This document shows, in pieces, positions 12,301 through 32,179 of a stretch of DNA of 64,000 nucleotides. Positions within the stretch are counted from its first letter, which is position 1. Every line of letters begins with the position of its first letter. Position numbers and translations under genes: made by a program. The DNA comes from Paraspadella gotoi. Taxonomy: Eukaryota > Animalia > Chaetognatha. The stretch covers positions 19,930,115 to 19,994,114 of the forward strand of contig CM119263.1 in the NCBI GenBank assembly GCA_051294375.1. Direction: 5' to 3'. The notes under the pieces were generated by a model. The model saw only the letters and a list, made by a program, of their open reading frames with translations, searched no databases and had not been told where the DNA came from.

Positions 12301-15300
12301 AAGGTTAAAAAAAATTTTTTTGAATTTTTAAATTTTAAGACCAGATTCAGATAGCTCATAAAAAGTTGTCTAATTGTGTAATTTTTTTCTCTTTTCGTTG
12401 TTCAATAAAATAGCAGATTCGAAAACAAAAGTTTTGGTATTTTTACAACGATTTTTATTACAAAGTATTGGATATGTTTCGACTCTTGTATTCGAGTCTT
12501 CATCAGCATTTGACAGTTGTATTTTTCACAATCATAAAGTTGGGGATAGAGAGAGTGAGAGAGAGAGAAAGAGAGAGAGAGAGAGATTCCAACAAAGAAT
12601 TGAGAAAGGACAGTGGTCAGATTTCAGGACAGGTGAAGGTAAGGACAGGATAAAATGTAATGTTTCTCTCTCTCTCAAAATCAACTTATTTGCCCTTTCT
12701 CCTGTCCTTACCTTCACCTGTCCTGAAATCTGACCACTGTCCTTTCTCAATTCTTTGTTGGAATCTCTCTCTTTCTCTCTCTCTCTCTCTCACTCTCTCT
12801 ATCCCCAACTTTATGATTGTGCAAAATACAACTCTCTAATGCTGATGAAGACTCGAATACAAGAGTCGAAACATGTCCAATACTTTGTAATAAAAATCGT
12901 TGTAAAAATACCAAAACTTTTGTTTTCGAATCTGCTAATATTTTTATGATAAGTGTATCAAAAATAATAAAAACCGTAAAAAAATCATCATCTTTCGATG
13001 ATTTTTTATAGTTTTTCTTATTTTTTACCTACTTCTCATAAAAATATTTAAAAAAGAATTATACTTTGGGCAACTTTTTATGAGCTATCTGAATCTGGTC
13101 TAAAAATTTAAAATTTTTCCAAAAATTGTTTGGCCTTTCTTATCTATTAATAAATATTAAAAAATTAATTACTAGGGTATATATTTTCATTTGAGCTTGT
13201 ACCTACTCTAAATTTTTGACTCACCCAATTGAGTGCGGCTACCCCTACGTAAGGGAGTGGTCTTTTCATACAATTGAAACATTCTTTGAATCATTATACC
13301 ACTTCATTGATAGGGAAGCCGGGTACTCTGGGAGTAAATAAACGCGACTGAGAAAGTCTTGATTGAAAGCTTGCAGGGACCTGCTATGTTAATATAAATT
13401 AATAAAAATTATCTTGTTAGAGTGATGGATGCCTTAAACCACCAAAGCCTGTCCAAAGTCAGGGGCAAGATAGCTTGTTTATTAAATGAATGGATAATTT
13501 TTATATTGGTTGTACCAATTTTATATTATATAGACTTTTTAAAAAATATTTAGATTTTGAGCGGCGTGACGTCTATGAACTGGTCCGAGCGCTTATTGGA
13601 GGATGGCGTTGGAGTCGACCCACTCGTTCGCCTGTTTGCATCACTACTTCATCTCTCGACCACTACTGCCTTCATTCTGAAAGTAAACAACGCCGTATAA
13701 CCCACCTGCTGACCTTTTGTTAAACTCATCACAATAGTCAATACATATTCTTTTCCCCTCAGTTGCCGACGGATAAAAATGAAGGTTCAGTGCGTCGCGC
13801 TAGCGAACTATTGTCCCCCGAAATCGCCTCCGATTTGTTCTATTTCTTTTCGAGGTGATTTTATGCGTTAATTCCATTTAATTTTATCTACAACTAGATT
13901 CACTTTTTTTTTCAAGGATGAGTCGTATTTATTTTCTCTATGATCTCACGACTTCGTTATCGTCACAATCCCAACCTGAATCTCAAAAGTCGCAGTTGCA
14001 ACCTCCGAAGTAACAACCTTTTTCGCACAAAAATACATGTTTTTGGAAAAAATTCTAAAATTAAATTTATATCCTTAATTTCCCTCAGAGTATTCGCCTC
14101 CACCTCTTCGACCGCTACGTTTATTCTCGACCTATTGCTGGACCATATCATCGCCGTCCTCGTCCACTGGTCTTCTGAGCCCCAGGTCGTGTCGGAAGCC
14201 GTCGCGCTTCTCAAAACTTTCGTGGATACTAAACTCCGAGCCGCATTCGTCGTTTCCAAATCGGCGAAACTGTGGGAACTCACGGAAATAGCCTGCAATC
14301 CCAAGAGTCGATCTCAATTAGCGGCCTCGCTCCCTGTTCAAGTCCAGGTCAGTTGACGGGTTAAAATTTTTAAGACGGTCTTCCCTTTTTATTAATTTGT
14401 CCCTTTTCTTTCTTAAGCGCGACCTAATGCTGTGCTTGACGCTTGTGGGTGCTTCGATTAGCGAGGAATCACTCAAGCAAAAGTATTGGCGCCATGTGTT
14501 GGAACCGATTCGGTCGTTGTTCCAAGGGATCGTCGATAGGATCCCCACGCCTGACAAGGCACGAACAGGTACGATTAACAAACGATGTAGATTAAAAAAA
14601 AATTGATTTGAATTTTACGTGCCAATAAGATTATATAAGATCAAAAGAAAACAAAATATTTCGGGAGATAACATTAGTGGCTTTTTAAATAAGCAGCGAT
14701 CTTCAGAGATTTGTCTCTCTCTGAGGTGTGTAACAAAATGAGATACAGGTTTACAAAACTGTTTTTGGTAAAGTAGAGCGGGGAAATTCGGAACAGGGGT
14801 ATTTCGGAACACTGAACACCTAAAATTATATCAAAAAAATAATTAAATATTTCACCAACTTGACTTTCCATTATCATTATGATAAGCGAGTTAGTTGTAT
14901 AGTATTTTTAAAAAATACAATTAAATTGTGGTAAAAGGGAACAGGAAAACGTTAAGTGTTCTGTGTTGCCTCATATGCTTTTTATAACGTGTTAGTGATA
15001 ATTTACTAAGTAATAAAAACATTTGTTAAAAAATTAGACGGAAAAAATTATTATGCTAATAATATTACAGTAAGAAATTCTATTTTATAAAAGTTTGTAA
15101 TGAAATTTAACGCCGAAATTAAGCTAAAAAATTAGTTTGAGACAAAATTAAGATGAAATTGATAAAAAAATATTAATAAAAATATTTGGAAAAGAAAATT
15201 AAAAATATAATAAAATTTAAAAGGATAAATAAAAATAATAAAAAAAATAACATGGGAAATAAAAAAATGGGCCAAAAACTAATAATAATTAGAAAGGAAG

Positions 15301-18029
15301 ATGGGGACGAAATGCCGGAATGGAAGGAAATAAAAAACTTGGTCAAAAATAATATAAATTAAAAAAATATATACAAAGTTTATATCTATTGTCATTCTAT
15401 AATTTTTGAAAAGTTAGAACTTAGTATTAAAAATCATTTTGCCCACTTACGAATATAAGATCTAAATTTTTTTATACATAAAACATTAATGAAAGTCTCT
15501 ACACGTGATGATAGCGGTTTAGTTATTATTTTCTGTAATATTATATTATATTATAAAAATATACATATATTAAGTGTTCCGAATTACCCCTAGGGGTCGC
15601 AGGATAAAAAATGACTGCATCAACCTGTAGCGGGGACACTTTCCTAGATATATCACTAGAAAAAAACTTTTTCAAAATATATTTACTATGTAAAAAATTT
15701 GATTACTCCCAAAAGTGTTCCAAATTTTTACTCTTTAACCTAAGGTTTTTACTCTTCCACTGAGGGAAAAATCCATTCTTCTAATTCTGGCCATCTCAGC
15801 CTTTAAATTTTAAAAGCTTGTGATGACCTTAAAACAAAAGGTTTCTTTCTTTTGTTGATTACCTTAAAGCTCCTTTGAAAACAGAAGAAAGAAACCCTTA
15901 GGTTTAAGGTCATTACAAGCTTTTAGAATTCAAAGGAAGAGAATAGAAGATATAGCCAGAATTAGAATGAATTTTAAGACAAATGAAAAGGTAGACACCT
16001 TATCGAAAACTGTTTTGTATATCTGTATCTCATTTTGAGGGAGACCGAGGTCTCTAAAGATTAGTGCTCATCTAAATTTAAATATAAATATAAGAATCAT
16101 ATTATCTCCCGGAATATTTTTCATTTTATCTTATTTGCATTTAAAGACCTAATCAATTTTTTTATCTACAACGAAATCTCCTACCCAAATTATGACTCTG
16201 AAACAAACAATTAACTAGCGCCAGGTCGAGGTAAGCCGGTTCGATGACTCTCATCATCCTTTTTTTTTCGCCTCGGATGACAGGAATCATTATTACCCAG
16301 TCCCGCTATCCCCTACCCTCCGTTGTCGTTGGCGTCTTGGAATCGCTTGTCGGCGTTGCCCTCTCGGCACGCGTCCATTCATTACCATGGTTGTTTGACT
16401 TTCTTTCTCCGATGATGGACCAGGTTTGTCCGTCGCAATTGAAAATAATTCGTTTGGCCCTGTAAATGGTTATTTAAAATTCTTAATTTTATTATTTCCA
16501 GTGCCCGTACGTTTTAAGTGCCTTCAATACTTCTCCTGAAGTTGTGGAACCCGTTCTCAGGTGATACTGAAGATTTCCATGGGTCTAAACCAAGAGCTTT
16601 TATAAGTTAGTCAATGGTCACTGTTACTAACAGGCTTGCCAATACTGTGGTTCAACATTCGTTGCCGTCCTTAAACGACACTCAAACGAACCGTCTCTAC
16701 CAAATTTGCATGGACATTGTTCAAACCTATTTTAAGCACAACGTTGGAAAACACTCGTACGAGTCATCTTCGGAAGATGAACAAGTAATTTAAAAATGGG
16801 TATCCCTTTTCCCCCTGAAATTTCACTCGTTTAACTTTGTTTTAATCTTTATTCCAGTTTTCAGATTTGTTCATTCTAATGGACCTGCTTACGAATCTTT
16901 TGAACAAAGACGTTCTCGATTTTTGGTCCGTTGACGAAAATTCTAATCCTTCTGAGCCGGCTTCCTCTGCGCCACCTGTGGTGAGTGAAGCCCTTTGTTT
17001 ATTTCTACCACGCGGTTCTCGAGGCGCGCTGCCATTGTATCCGCCGGTGCTTTTGTTATCGAGTCTATTATGGGTGAAGCCCTTCTTGAAGCCGGAATGG
17101 AATAAAAGAAAGAAATGCCTTCTTGGTTTTCAGATTTCTCGCCTCTCCTCCGCCGACGTCGTTCTCTGCGCTATTAACTTCGTCATTCCGCTCATGAACG
17201 AAGAGCTGTTAAAGTTTCCTCCGCTTTGTTCCCATTATTACAAGGTGCGACTTTTTTTAAAAAAAATTAAAAAATTGGATAATTTTTTAAAACGCGCTTT
17301 TAATAGAAAGTTATATTTTGTTTTTAATAGAAGTTAATATATTTCGTTTCCCCGTTTTTTTCGTCTCCTTAGCTTCTCCAATCTGTCGCTGAGATATTCC
17401 CAGAAAAAATTGCCACCCTCCCTGAAGAAAACTTTCGAACTCTTTTGAACACCATTAGCATGGGGCTGTCCTCTTTTGGTTCGCAGGTAATTCGGAAAAA
17501 ACCCTAAACTTACTGCATTTTTTCATCTCTCCTTAGTCTTATCTTTACTTTCTCCTGACGTCAGGTATCCAGCGCCTCGTTAACTTTTCTCGACGCTCTT
17601 GCTACTCATGTCGGCGATCCCTCCTCCATTCCCCCTCACGTCTTCTCTTCTCTTTCACCTTTTCTTACATCTCTCTTTTCCCTACTGTTGTTGGAACCTC
17701 ATTTTGACATGGAACTCTTAGAAGTTGCGTCACGCGCTTTTTTCGCTCTTATCACGCTTTTCAAGGTAAATAATTGTCCGCTTTGTCCAAGAAACACTAG
17801 TGAATTAAGTGTTTTTCCGGTTTTGAAGGACGACTACTTGCGTTGTGTTAACGAACTGCTGACCGCCCACGCTCACCAACCTCACCAACCACGATTGGTC
17901 GAAGCCTTTCACGCTCTCACGCCTCCCGATTTGCCACTGAGCGCCCAAAACCGAACTGCGGTTCTTACTTTTGTCGAAAATATGCAAAACTTTTTGCTCA
18001 GTGTTCGCGGGTTATTGTGCATGAAGTAA
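9308..18029 (+). CDS. XPO4: Exportin-4, many exons
   Basis: ESAAKVMMSPPS, FQ|AVSTMKDAIIREW, EFSSSSRSSALGVAWDFH, EDLHWLILLASH, IPLMNEELLKFPPLCSHYYK, C-terminal FLLSVRGLLCMK. Confidence 0.92.
12411..12937. repeat. Near-perfect palindrome (about 240-bp arms, 49-nt loop) nested in the MITE; probable inverted Penelope-like pseudo-LTR
   Basis: 12411-12650 is the reverse complement of 12700-12937 with few mismatches; each arm has a GA/TC tract and a hammerhead motif. Confidence 0.9.
12842..12877 (+). ncRNA. Minimal type I hammerhead ribozyme motif (mirror copy at 12471-12506 on - strand)
   Basis: CTGATGA-A-GACTC-gaatacaa-GAGTC-GAAA-CATG-TC: both core boxes, 5-bp helix II, palindromic short helix III, GUC triplet; helix I is weak. 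Confidence 0.75.
14700..16060. mobile_element. Foldback MITE (about 14700-14770 plus 15741-16060) interrupted by a second element
   Basis: AAAATGAGATACAG..CAAAACTGTTTT mirrors 16003-16060; 15741-16002 is itself an imperfect palindrome; removing 14771-15740 restores one continuous inverted repeat. Confidence 0.7.
14771..15740. mobile_element. TA-flanked TIR element (pogo/Tc1-like MITE) inserted in the foldback
   Basis: GGGGAAATTCGGAACA and GGGGTATTTCGGAACACT at left, AGTGTTCCGAATTACCCC (15573) and AGTGTTCCAAATTT (about 15714) at right; TA on both sides. Confidence 0.6.
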
Positions 18030-18441
18030 GAAATCCTGAAGACTTCTCGTTCGGGCTATGTTTTGCCCATGTGTTTTCTGTGCCATTTTCGAGTCGAATC
18101 AATGGGTACAGAAATTTTTGCCATAATTTTTTTTTATATTTGCTTATCAAAGAGCTTTATTTATTTACCGACCGAAAATTTCGAACTTTTTAACTGCGAG
18201 ACGTTGCGCGAAATTTTAGTCTGTTGTTTTAAACTTTTTTAACAGAATGATTTATATTTAAAAAGTATTTGCCAATAGCAGCTTTACTTACTACTTATAT
18301 TTAATAAATATTCATTGCCATTGTTAGTATCGTCTACTTATTGTTCACTAATTTTCAGTTTAAATATACTTGACAAACATCCTACGACAATTTAGAAGAT
18401 GCTTTGAAAGTAATCCACGCAGCATACTTGGATTTAAAGAA

Positions 18442-19430
18442 ATGGCATCAACGACGGTGTCGGACGTCACCAAAAGCTCCTTTTTGCTCACTATTGCCGG
18501 CCAAGTCGAAAGTGCCGAGTTTCCCGAGTTCGACGACATATTCTGCAAGTACTCTTTCGTCTATGGTCAAGACTGGTCCATAACTTCGGGACTCGAGGAG
18601 GGCATTACCCAAATCGCTAAACGTGGTCTTTATTACAACGAAACTACGCCCAAGTTTGTTTTTAACCACCCGTTGGACGTCTCTTTTAAGGTGAATCATT
18701 GTTATGTTTGTTTGAATGGGGGCAAGTGACGGTTAGTGATGATTTTTTTCTGGTCTATTTCAACGCTTTTTCACTTTATTTTTAGAGTACCAACCCTTTT
18801 GGTTGGCCGCAAATCGTCATATCGGCTTACGGTTATGACATTTTCGGTCACGACGTCGTTCGTGGTTACGGAGCAGGTCTGTTCGGAATCTCAAAAAAAT
18901 ATATTTTTCATCATTAATAAAAATTTTCTTTCATTTTATCCTTTCCCTCTAGTTCATTTGCCGATTTCTTCCGGATTGTATACCTTAAACGTGCCTATGT
19001 TCGTCCCTGAATCGAGGTAATCATTTTTTTCTCTGGCTGATCGTTAACTCTCGTTATACATAAATATAAATTAAACCTCAAATATTCTTATTGTGTTCTG
19101 TCAGTTCCTACATGCAAAAGATAACCTCGTGGTTGTTGGGGCGTAGACCGGAATTCGTTGACCCCAATGTCGTCGCTCAGGTACGATAAATATTGAATAG
19201 TTTTATCAATCTGTAATTTTTATCTCAACCCTCAATATAATCAGTCTTTTCCCCGCTTTATTACACGACCCTTTTCTTAGAGTGAAGGACGAGAGGTGAC
19301 CCGAGTTCGGAGTCAAGGATTCGTCAAAGTTAAACTCAACGTGTTAACGAAGGATATGAGGAGACTCGGATACGACGTTTTGCCGTCAGACGTTGCCACC
19401 TCTTCCACCCACGCTGTCGCGCGGGTCTAG
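18442..19430 (+). CDS. B9D1: B9 domain-containing protein 1 (ciliary transition zone)
   Basis: [71 protein letters not shown]. Confidence 0.95.
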
Positions 19431-19960
19431 CGAATTCTTTTTGTGGACTGAAACTTTAAAGTTAATTTACTTTCTGCAATTAACTATGTACTTTTGACGC
19501 AATGAGTGCTCGCCTTATTTTTTTTTTAATTGAAACATTCCGTCCAGTTTTACCTGTTTTACGAATTTACCTTACTTTTATACTTGAATATTTTTTTTTA
19601 TATATAGTAAACTAATTTCGTCGTTTCGGAAACTCTTAAACATTCGGAGAAACACACAAGCAACAAACTATTGTGCCGTCGTTTGCAAAATAATTTGGTT
19701 CATATCTTCTCCGGCAAAGGAGTTGATTTCTTCTTAATTAAAAACATTGCGTGAAGAAATATTCATTAGCCAACTTGGATTTAAAATTTCTGAGCAAGTG
19801 GTTCTATCTTGTAATCGCTTTTGAATTCACGAAATTTTCATTTGTGCTTTGACACGAGTAATAATCAGCGTTATTTCTGCCCACGTCCTGATCCTTAAGT
19901 TTTGATTTTAAAAATTCTTTGGTCGTTTTTGGTGGGACTATATTTCCCCCAAACCCAAAG

Positions 19961-21858
19961 ATGGAGGCCAACATGACGAAAAAGATCAAGGCTGTGATTA
20001 AGGCGAAGCTCATCGAACTGGAAGCTTACGTAAGTAAAGGAAATCCTCCTCCGTTGGTTTTAACTGAAAATAAGCGTAATCGTACATATTTGGTACATAT
20101 TTGCGTCGACAAAGATTTTAAGATTTAAGGTTTTGGAAAGAGTTTAGACTTTCCTTTTTTCATTCCCTTCAATTTTCTAATTTTTGTTAAAACTTTTTCC
20201 CCCTTCCCCTTCATCTCACCCTCTCCTGAAACAGGTCGACGACGAGCTTCCAGATTACATAATGGTGATGGTCGCCAACAAAAAGACACAACCGCAGATG
20301 GCCTCGGATTTATCTCTCTTTCTCGGTTAGTTGATTTCATGGGCCTTTGCGAGGTCCTCACGATTGGCGATAGCGGCGCTCAACGCCGCCTTGTACGCCT
20401 AATATTAGTCGATGGGTCCAGTGGTTCGGCGTCAATTGCGTCGTCGATTTCGCCAAAGCACAGTCGACGGCTTCCGCAGCCACCGATTAAAATCGCTTAG
20501 GGATCCAGGATCGAGGGGCAGAGGTTTCAGCTGCCGTTTGTTCTATACATCTTCCAGGAGAAGACGCTGACAGATTCGCTGCTTGGCTCCAACGGGTCCT
20601 CAACAAGATTCAGAAGATCTCGGAAGCGAAGAAGCCCGTCGCCGGTAAAGAAGGCTCGAAGAACTCGAAGGAAGAGGTTTCGAAGACGCCGACGTCGATC
20701 AAGAAAACCGACAAAGAAACAACGCCCATCGTCTTCTCACTCAAACCGCGACGGCCAACGTCCAAGGAACCGTCGCCGGCCCCAGCCACCCTTTCCAAGA
20801 AGATTGCCATCAGCCTAAAGAAGAAAATTGAGATAAAAACTAAGTCGCAAGCTTCGGACATTGACGCCTCCCCCGCCTCCTCCGCCCTCTCTCCGCGAGG
20901 CGATACGCCCTCGCCCGTCTCAACAGCGACGCCGCGTCAAAACTCCCCGCCGCCCCGAACACCGACGCCTGAGTTGGCGTCAGACGCTGAAGATAGGAAA
21001 AGAAAGGCTTCTCGAGTAGACGCGAGCGATGAAGAGGCGGAGAGGAAGAGGAAACGGGAGACGGAACCCGACTCCAGAAAGAGCGAGCGGCAAAATGACG
21101 TGGAAGAGAAGGAAAAGAATATTATCCTTATCATGGAACAAATCAAAAAGTTAAAAAATAAACTGGTTGAGCGCGCCGAAGAGTCAGCCAGCGATGAAGA
21201 TGACGACGACATGAGCGACGTCATTCGAGATAAGATCACGACATTGAGAAAGAGACTCGAGAGCATCCAAGAAGACTTGGCCGAAGAAGAGGAAGAGGAA
21301 AAAGAAAATAATAAAGAAATAGAGAGCGAGACGACGAAAGAAGGTGAGTTATCTTTAAACGGCAATTATGCAGAAGCCGTCGATATAAACGTTACTAAAT
21401 CCGTGATTGTTTTGTCCAATGAAGCCTCCGAAATCTCGCCAAAACCGACGATCAAAATGGGGAACGTCGACACTCCCGAAGGAGATGGACTCGAGAACGA
21501 ATCGTTGGACTCTCGATGCACGACCCCCGTTCTGGATGAACTCCCGTCGCCGCAATCTCGCGCGACTTCGGAAGACCTTCTCGTCGTCAACATGGAGACT
21601 AAAACTGCTCCGACGACGTTAGTTCACGACGACGCCGAGGCTCTCCAACGCCTCCACCTCCCCCTTTTTCTACTCTCCGCAGAGGACCATCGTCAGTGCG
21701 TCCACTGCAGTGAAGTCGGAGCCGCGGTGCTTTGTTCCGGGTGTCGCGTTGTCCTTCACTGCTGCGCGGAAAAGAACTGCTTCCGTTCGTTTCACGTCGC
21801 GGGATCTAATTGCGACGAGAGTCAGAGGCTCGAAAGCATTCCCATTAACATTCGATAA
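19961..21858 (+). CDS. Protein with ZC3H14/Nab2-type N-terminal PWI-like domain, acidic low-complexity middle and C-terminal Cys/His domain
   Basis: KKIKAVIKAKLIELEAY|VDDELPDYIMVMVANKKTQPQMASDLSLFL|GEDADRFAAWLQRVL; exon 3 (20558-21858) open to the stop. Confidence 0.8.
20341..20540 (+). ncRNA. Candidate structured intronic RNA, family unknown
   Basis: GC-rich intron with many stems (GGGCCT/AGGTCC, GCGGCG/CGCCGC, GGGTCC/GGATCC, GTCGA/TCGAC, CGATT/AATCG, GGCAG/CTGCC). Confidence 0.4.
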
Positions 21859-22289
21859 ACTTAAAAACACCGTTGTTATTCGAACTTTTTTTCGATTTGG
21901 TGATATGAACCAATTTCTTTACCGAATTACTGGAATCTAGATTTATTGTTATTTCGTTTCCCAGGCTGTTTCAATTACAAGCGTCTGTTATAACTGGAGA
22001 ACTAACGTTCAAACTCCGTACCATTAGAATTAGTTAAAATTAATTTGAATTTCACTTTCTTAAAACTTTCAAAACCTCTGAGACAAGTTTTGTTTCAGGC
22101 TAAAACTTTCGCTTGTAATTGGAACTTTCTGTTATTGTTATTGCTTTTAAAGAATCCGAAGAGGTCCAGTTTGTGAATAGTCATTAGTCATCCTTTTATG
22201 GTTATAATGTTTTTTTCAATAATTATCGTCTACTTTCAGGTGTTGCCATATTATAGTGCCTTTGGTTAAACTATATGATAAACTTATAA

Positions 22290-30040
<7,751 letters not shown>

Positions 30041-30276
30041 TCGACTAGGCTTCGATGGACGTGAAGTGGCCCGTTATTTTCTTTCTAATTCCATCGTCTG
30101 GATCGTTTTCATTCTATTCTAGTCTCACACTGTGAATCCCACATTCCTTGTTTTATTGTGATTTATAGTCATAGCGCCTTAGAAAGTCATGTGTTATAAA
30201 CGTCATAGGCAAGAATTTTATCATAAAAATCTCGTTAATTTAGCACTTTTAAGTACACGTTCAAAAACTAAAAACA

Positions 30277-30983
30277 ATGGCGGTGTGTCTCGCTGTTATT
30301 AGCAAGGAAAATTATCCCCTCTACATAAAATGCAGCTCACGGGAGAACGAGCTTAATTTTCATTACACAGGTGGGCAACTTTTTACAACTGATTATTTTA
30401 TATTTATATTCTCCAAAATGATTTTTTGTGAAACTCATTTTTCTTAGTTCACACCTCTTTGGATGTTGTGGAAGAAAAAATTACCGCGGGTAGTAAAAAT
30501 GCAAGTGATATGCGAGAGCTGTACCTTGGACTTCTCTATCCAACAGAGGATTACAAGGTTTATGGTTATGTGAGTAATACAAAGGTAAGTAATTTTAAAT
30601 AAATTTACCAATTTTACATCATTTTAGCGGTGACTATTAATATTAATATTCACCCTGTCCTAACGTCTAATCCCTCACCTTTTAGATCAAATTTGTTATT
30701 GTTGTTGAATCTGCTAATGTTGCGCTACGCGATAATGAGATTCGATCTATGTTTCGTAAACTGCACAACGCCTACATGGACATGATATCCAACCCGTTTT
30801 ATTCCCCAGGTGCCCAGTATTTACTATTTTATATCTTATAAAATAGATGCTCTAATACTTGCTTTTTCATTTAATTTTTTTCCTGCATTTCTTTTTATCG
30901 ATGGCGCAGGCGAAGCCATCACCTCAAAATCATTCCAACGAGTCGTCGGGTCCATGCTTCAATCTCCAAGCCCGGGCGACTGA
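30277..30983 (+). CDS. TRAPPC2L: Trafficking protein particle complex subunit 2-like
   Basis: [68 protein letters not shown]. Confidence 0.95.
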
Positions 30984-31417
30984 TGCTTTTCTTTGCTCCA
31001 GACTCTCAGACTAAAGCATTTTAAAAAAAGGACACGCTTATCGTTTATCGTGAAGCCTCGTTCCTTTTCATATTTCCAGATCAAATTTGTTATGCTTTAA
31101 AAAAATACGATCGATGATTTTATTTTATTTTATTTTATCTTTCACTCTCTCCTGGTGGAAGATACGGCAGTTTCCCAGCGCTGTCTGGTTTCTGTCGAAT
31201 TCTGACTGGAAAATAGAAAAATGTGATAATCCGCGAGATTTTTGCCCCCAATCTCTTCAGAGCGATGAATAAATAAACTAGTCTTACGAGGCCTGTGGGG
31301 CCCTCGGTGCTGATTCTCGATATGTTCACAATTATTTTAATTGTTAATTCTTTGTTCGAACAACTTTGTTACAGTTTTTTCGCCATTTTTAAAACTATTT
31401 TTTAAAACGAAGGAAGG

Positions 31418-32179
31418 ATGTCTTGGGACGCATATATCGACTACGTCAAGGGTTGTTCTGCGAACAAAGTGATCACCGAGGCGGTCATTTATTCTAAAGA
31501 AGGGTCACCATGGACACCGGAAACGGAGAACCTCAAGGTGTTCAAAACTTACACATTTTAACGCAAGAATAAAATGTTTGTTTTTGTAAAGTTTTATCTG
31601 CGCCGCGTACTTGTGCACAATGTGCTGTCGCGTGATCTCCTTAAAAATCGATCACATGACTAAAAATTCATTACTAAATAACTTATAAAACACTAGTCAT
31701 TTTATTTAATTCTTAGCAGGCCAATAAGGTATAAGGAAATGATTTTATTTCATTGTTATGTAGTCACGTAATTACCCGTAAATACACGTTCTTGGTTTTT
31801 TTCGGCGACTCTCCCGCCTTTGACAGGCCCTCGACGCCAAGTGCGCTTCTACGATTACTTCCAAAAAGCCAGATTCGATTACCATTAACGGCGTCAAGTA
31901 CATGTATTTGCGGACGGTTGATGAGGATGAGGCCTACCAAATGTTGTGTGAGTTGAGAGAAGGAAGGGCGCTAGATGCTCAATGGAAAGATTCTAAAGTT
32001 TTGTCACTCCATCCCCAACCCCCTCAGACAAAAAGAAGGATGTCGGTTCACTTTGTGTCGCGGTGACGCAGAAAGCGATCTCTATCGCCTTCACGCCTGA
32101 CAACCTATCGTACGCTTCGGGAGAGGCAAACCAAGCCTCGCAGGAGTTATGCAAATATCTCTTAAGCGTAGGATACTGA
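31418..32179 (+). CDS. Profilin (divergent), 3 exons
   Basis: MSWDAYIDY.., ITINGVKYMYLR, GSLCVAVTQKAISIA, C-terminal LCKYLLSVGY. Confidence 0.85.

Larger units (their letters stand above)
12142..13245. mobile_element. Non-autonomous TIR element (MITE) with long imperfect TIRs and TA flanks, in an XPO4 intron
   Basis: TA-GGGGTAGCC...GGCTACCCC-TA; about 200 bp of imperfect inverted similarity (CAGATTCAGATAGCTCATAAAAAGTTG vs CAACTTTTTATGAGCTATCTGAATCTG). Confidence 0.8.

Noticed and set aside
13421-13470. Extra XPO4 exon with a GC donor
   Set aside because: The flanking exons join directly (TAE|ILSG) in agreement with exportin-4 homology
21344-21373. 30-nt intron (GTGAGT..TGCAG) in the ZC3H14-like gene
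   Set aside because: Shorter than other introns here and frame-neutral; undecidable without RNA data
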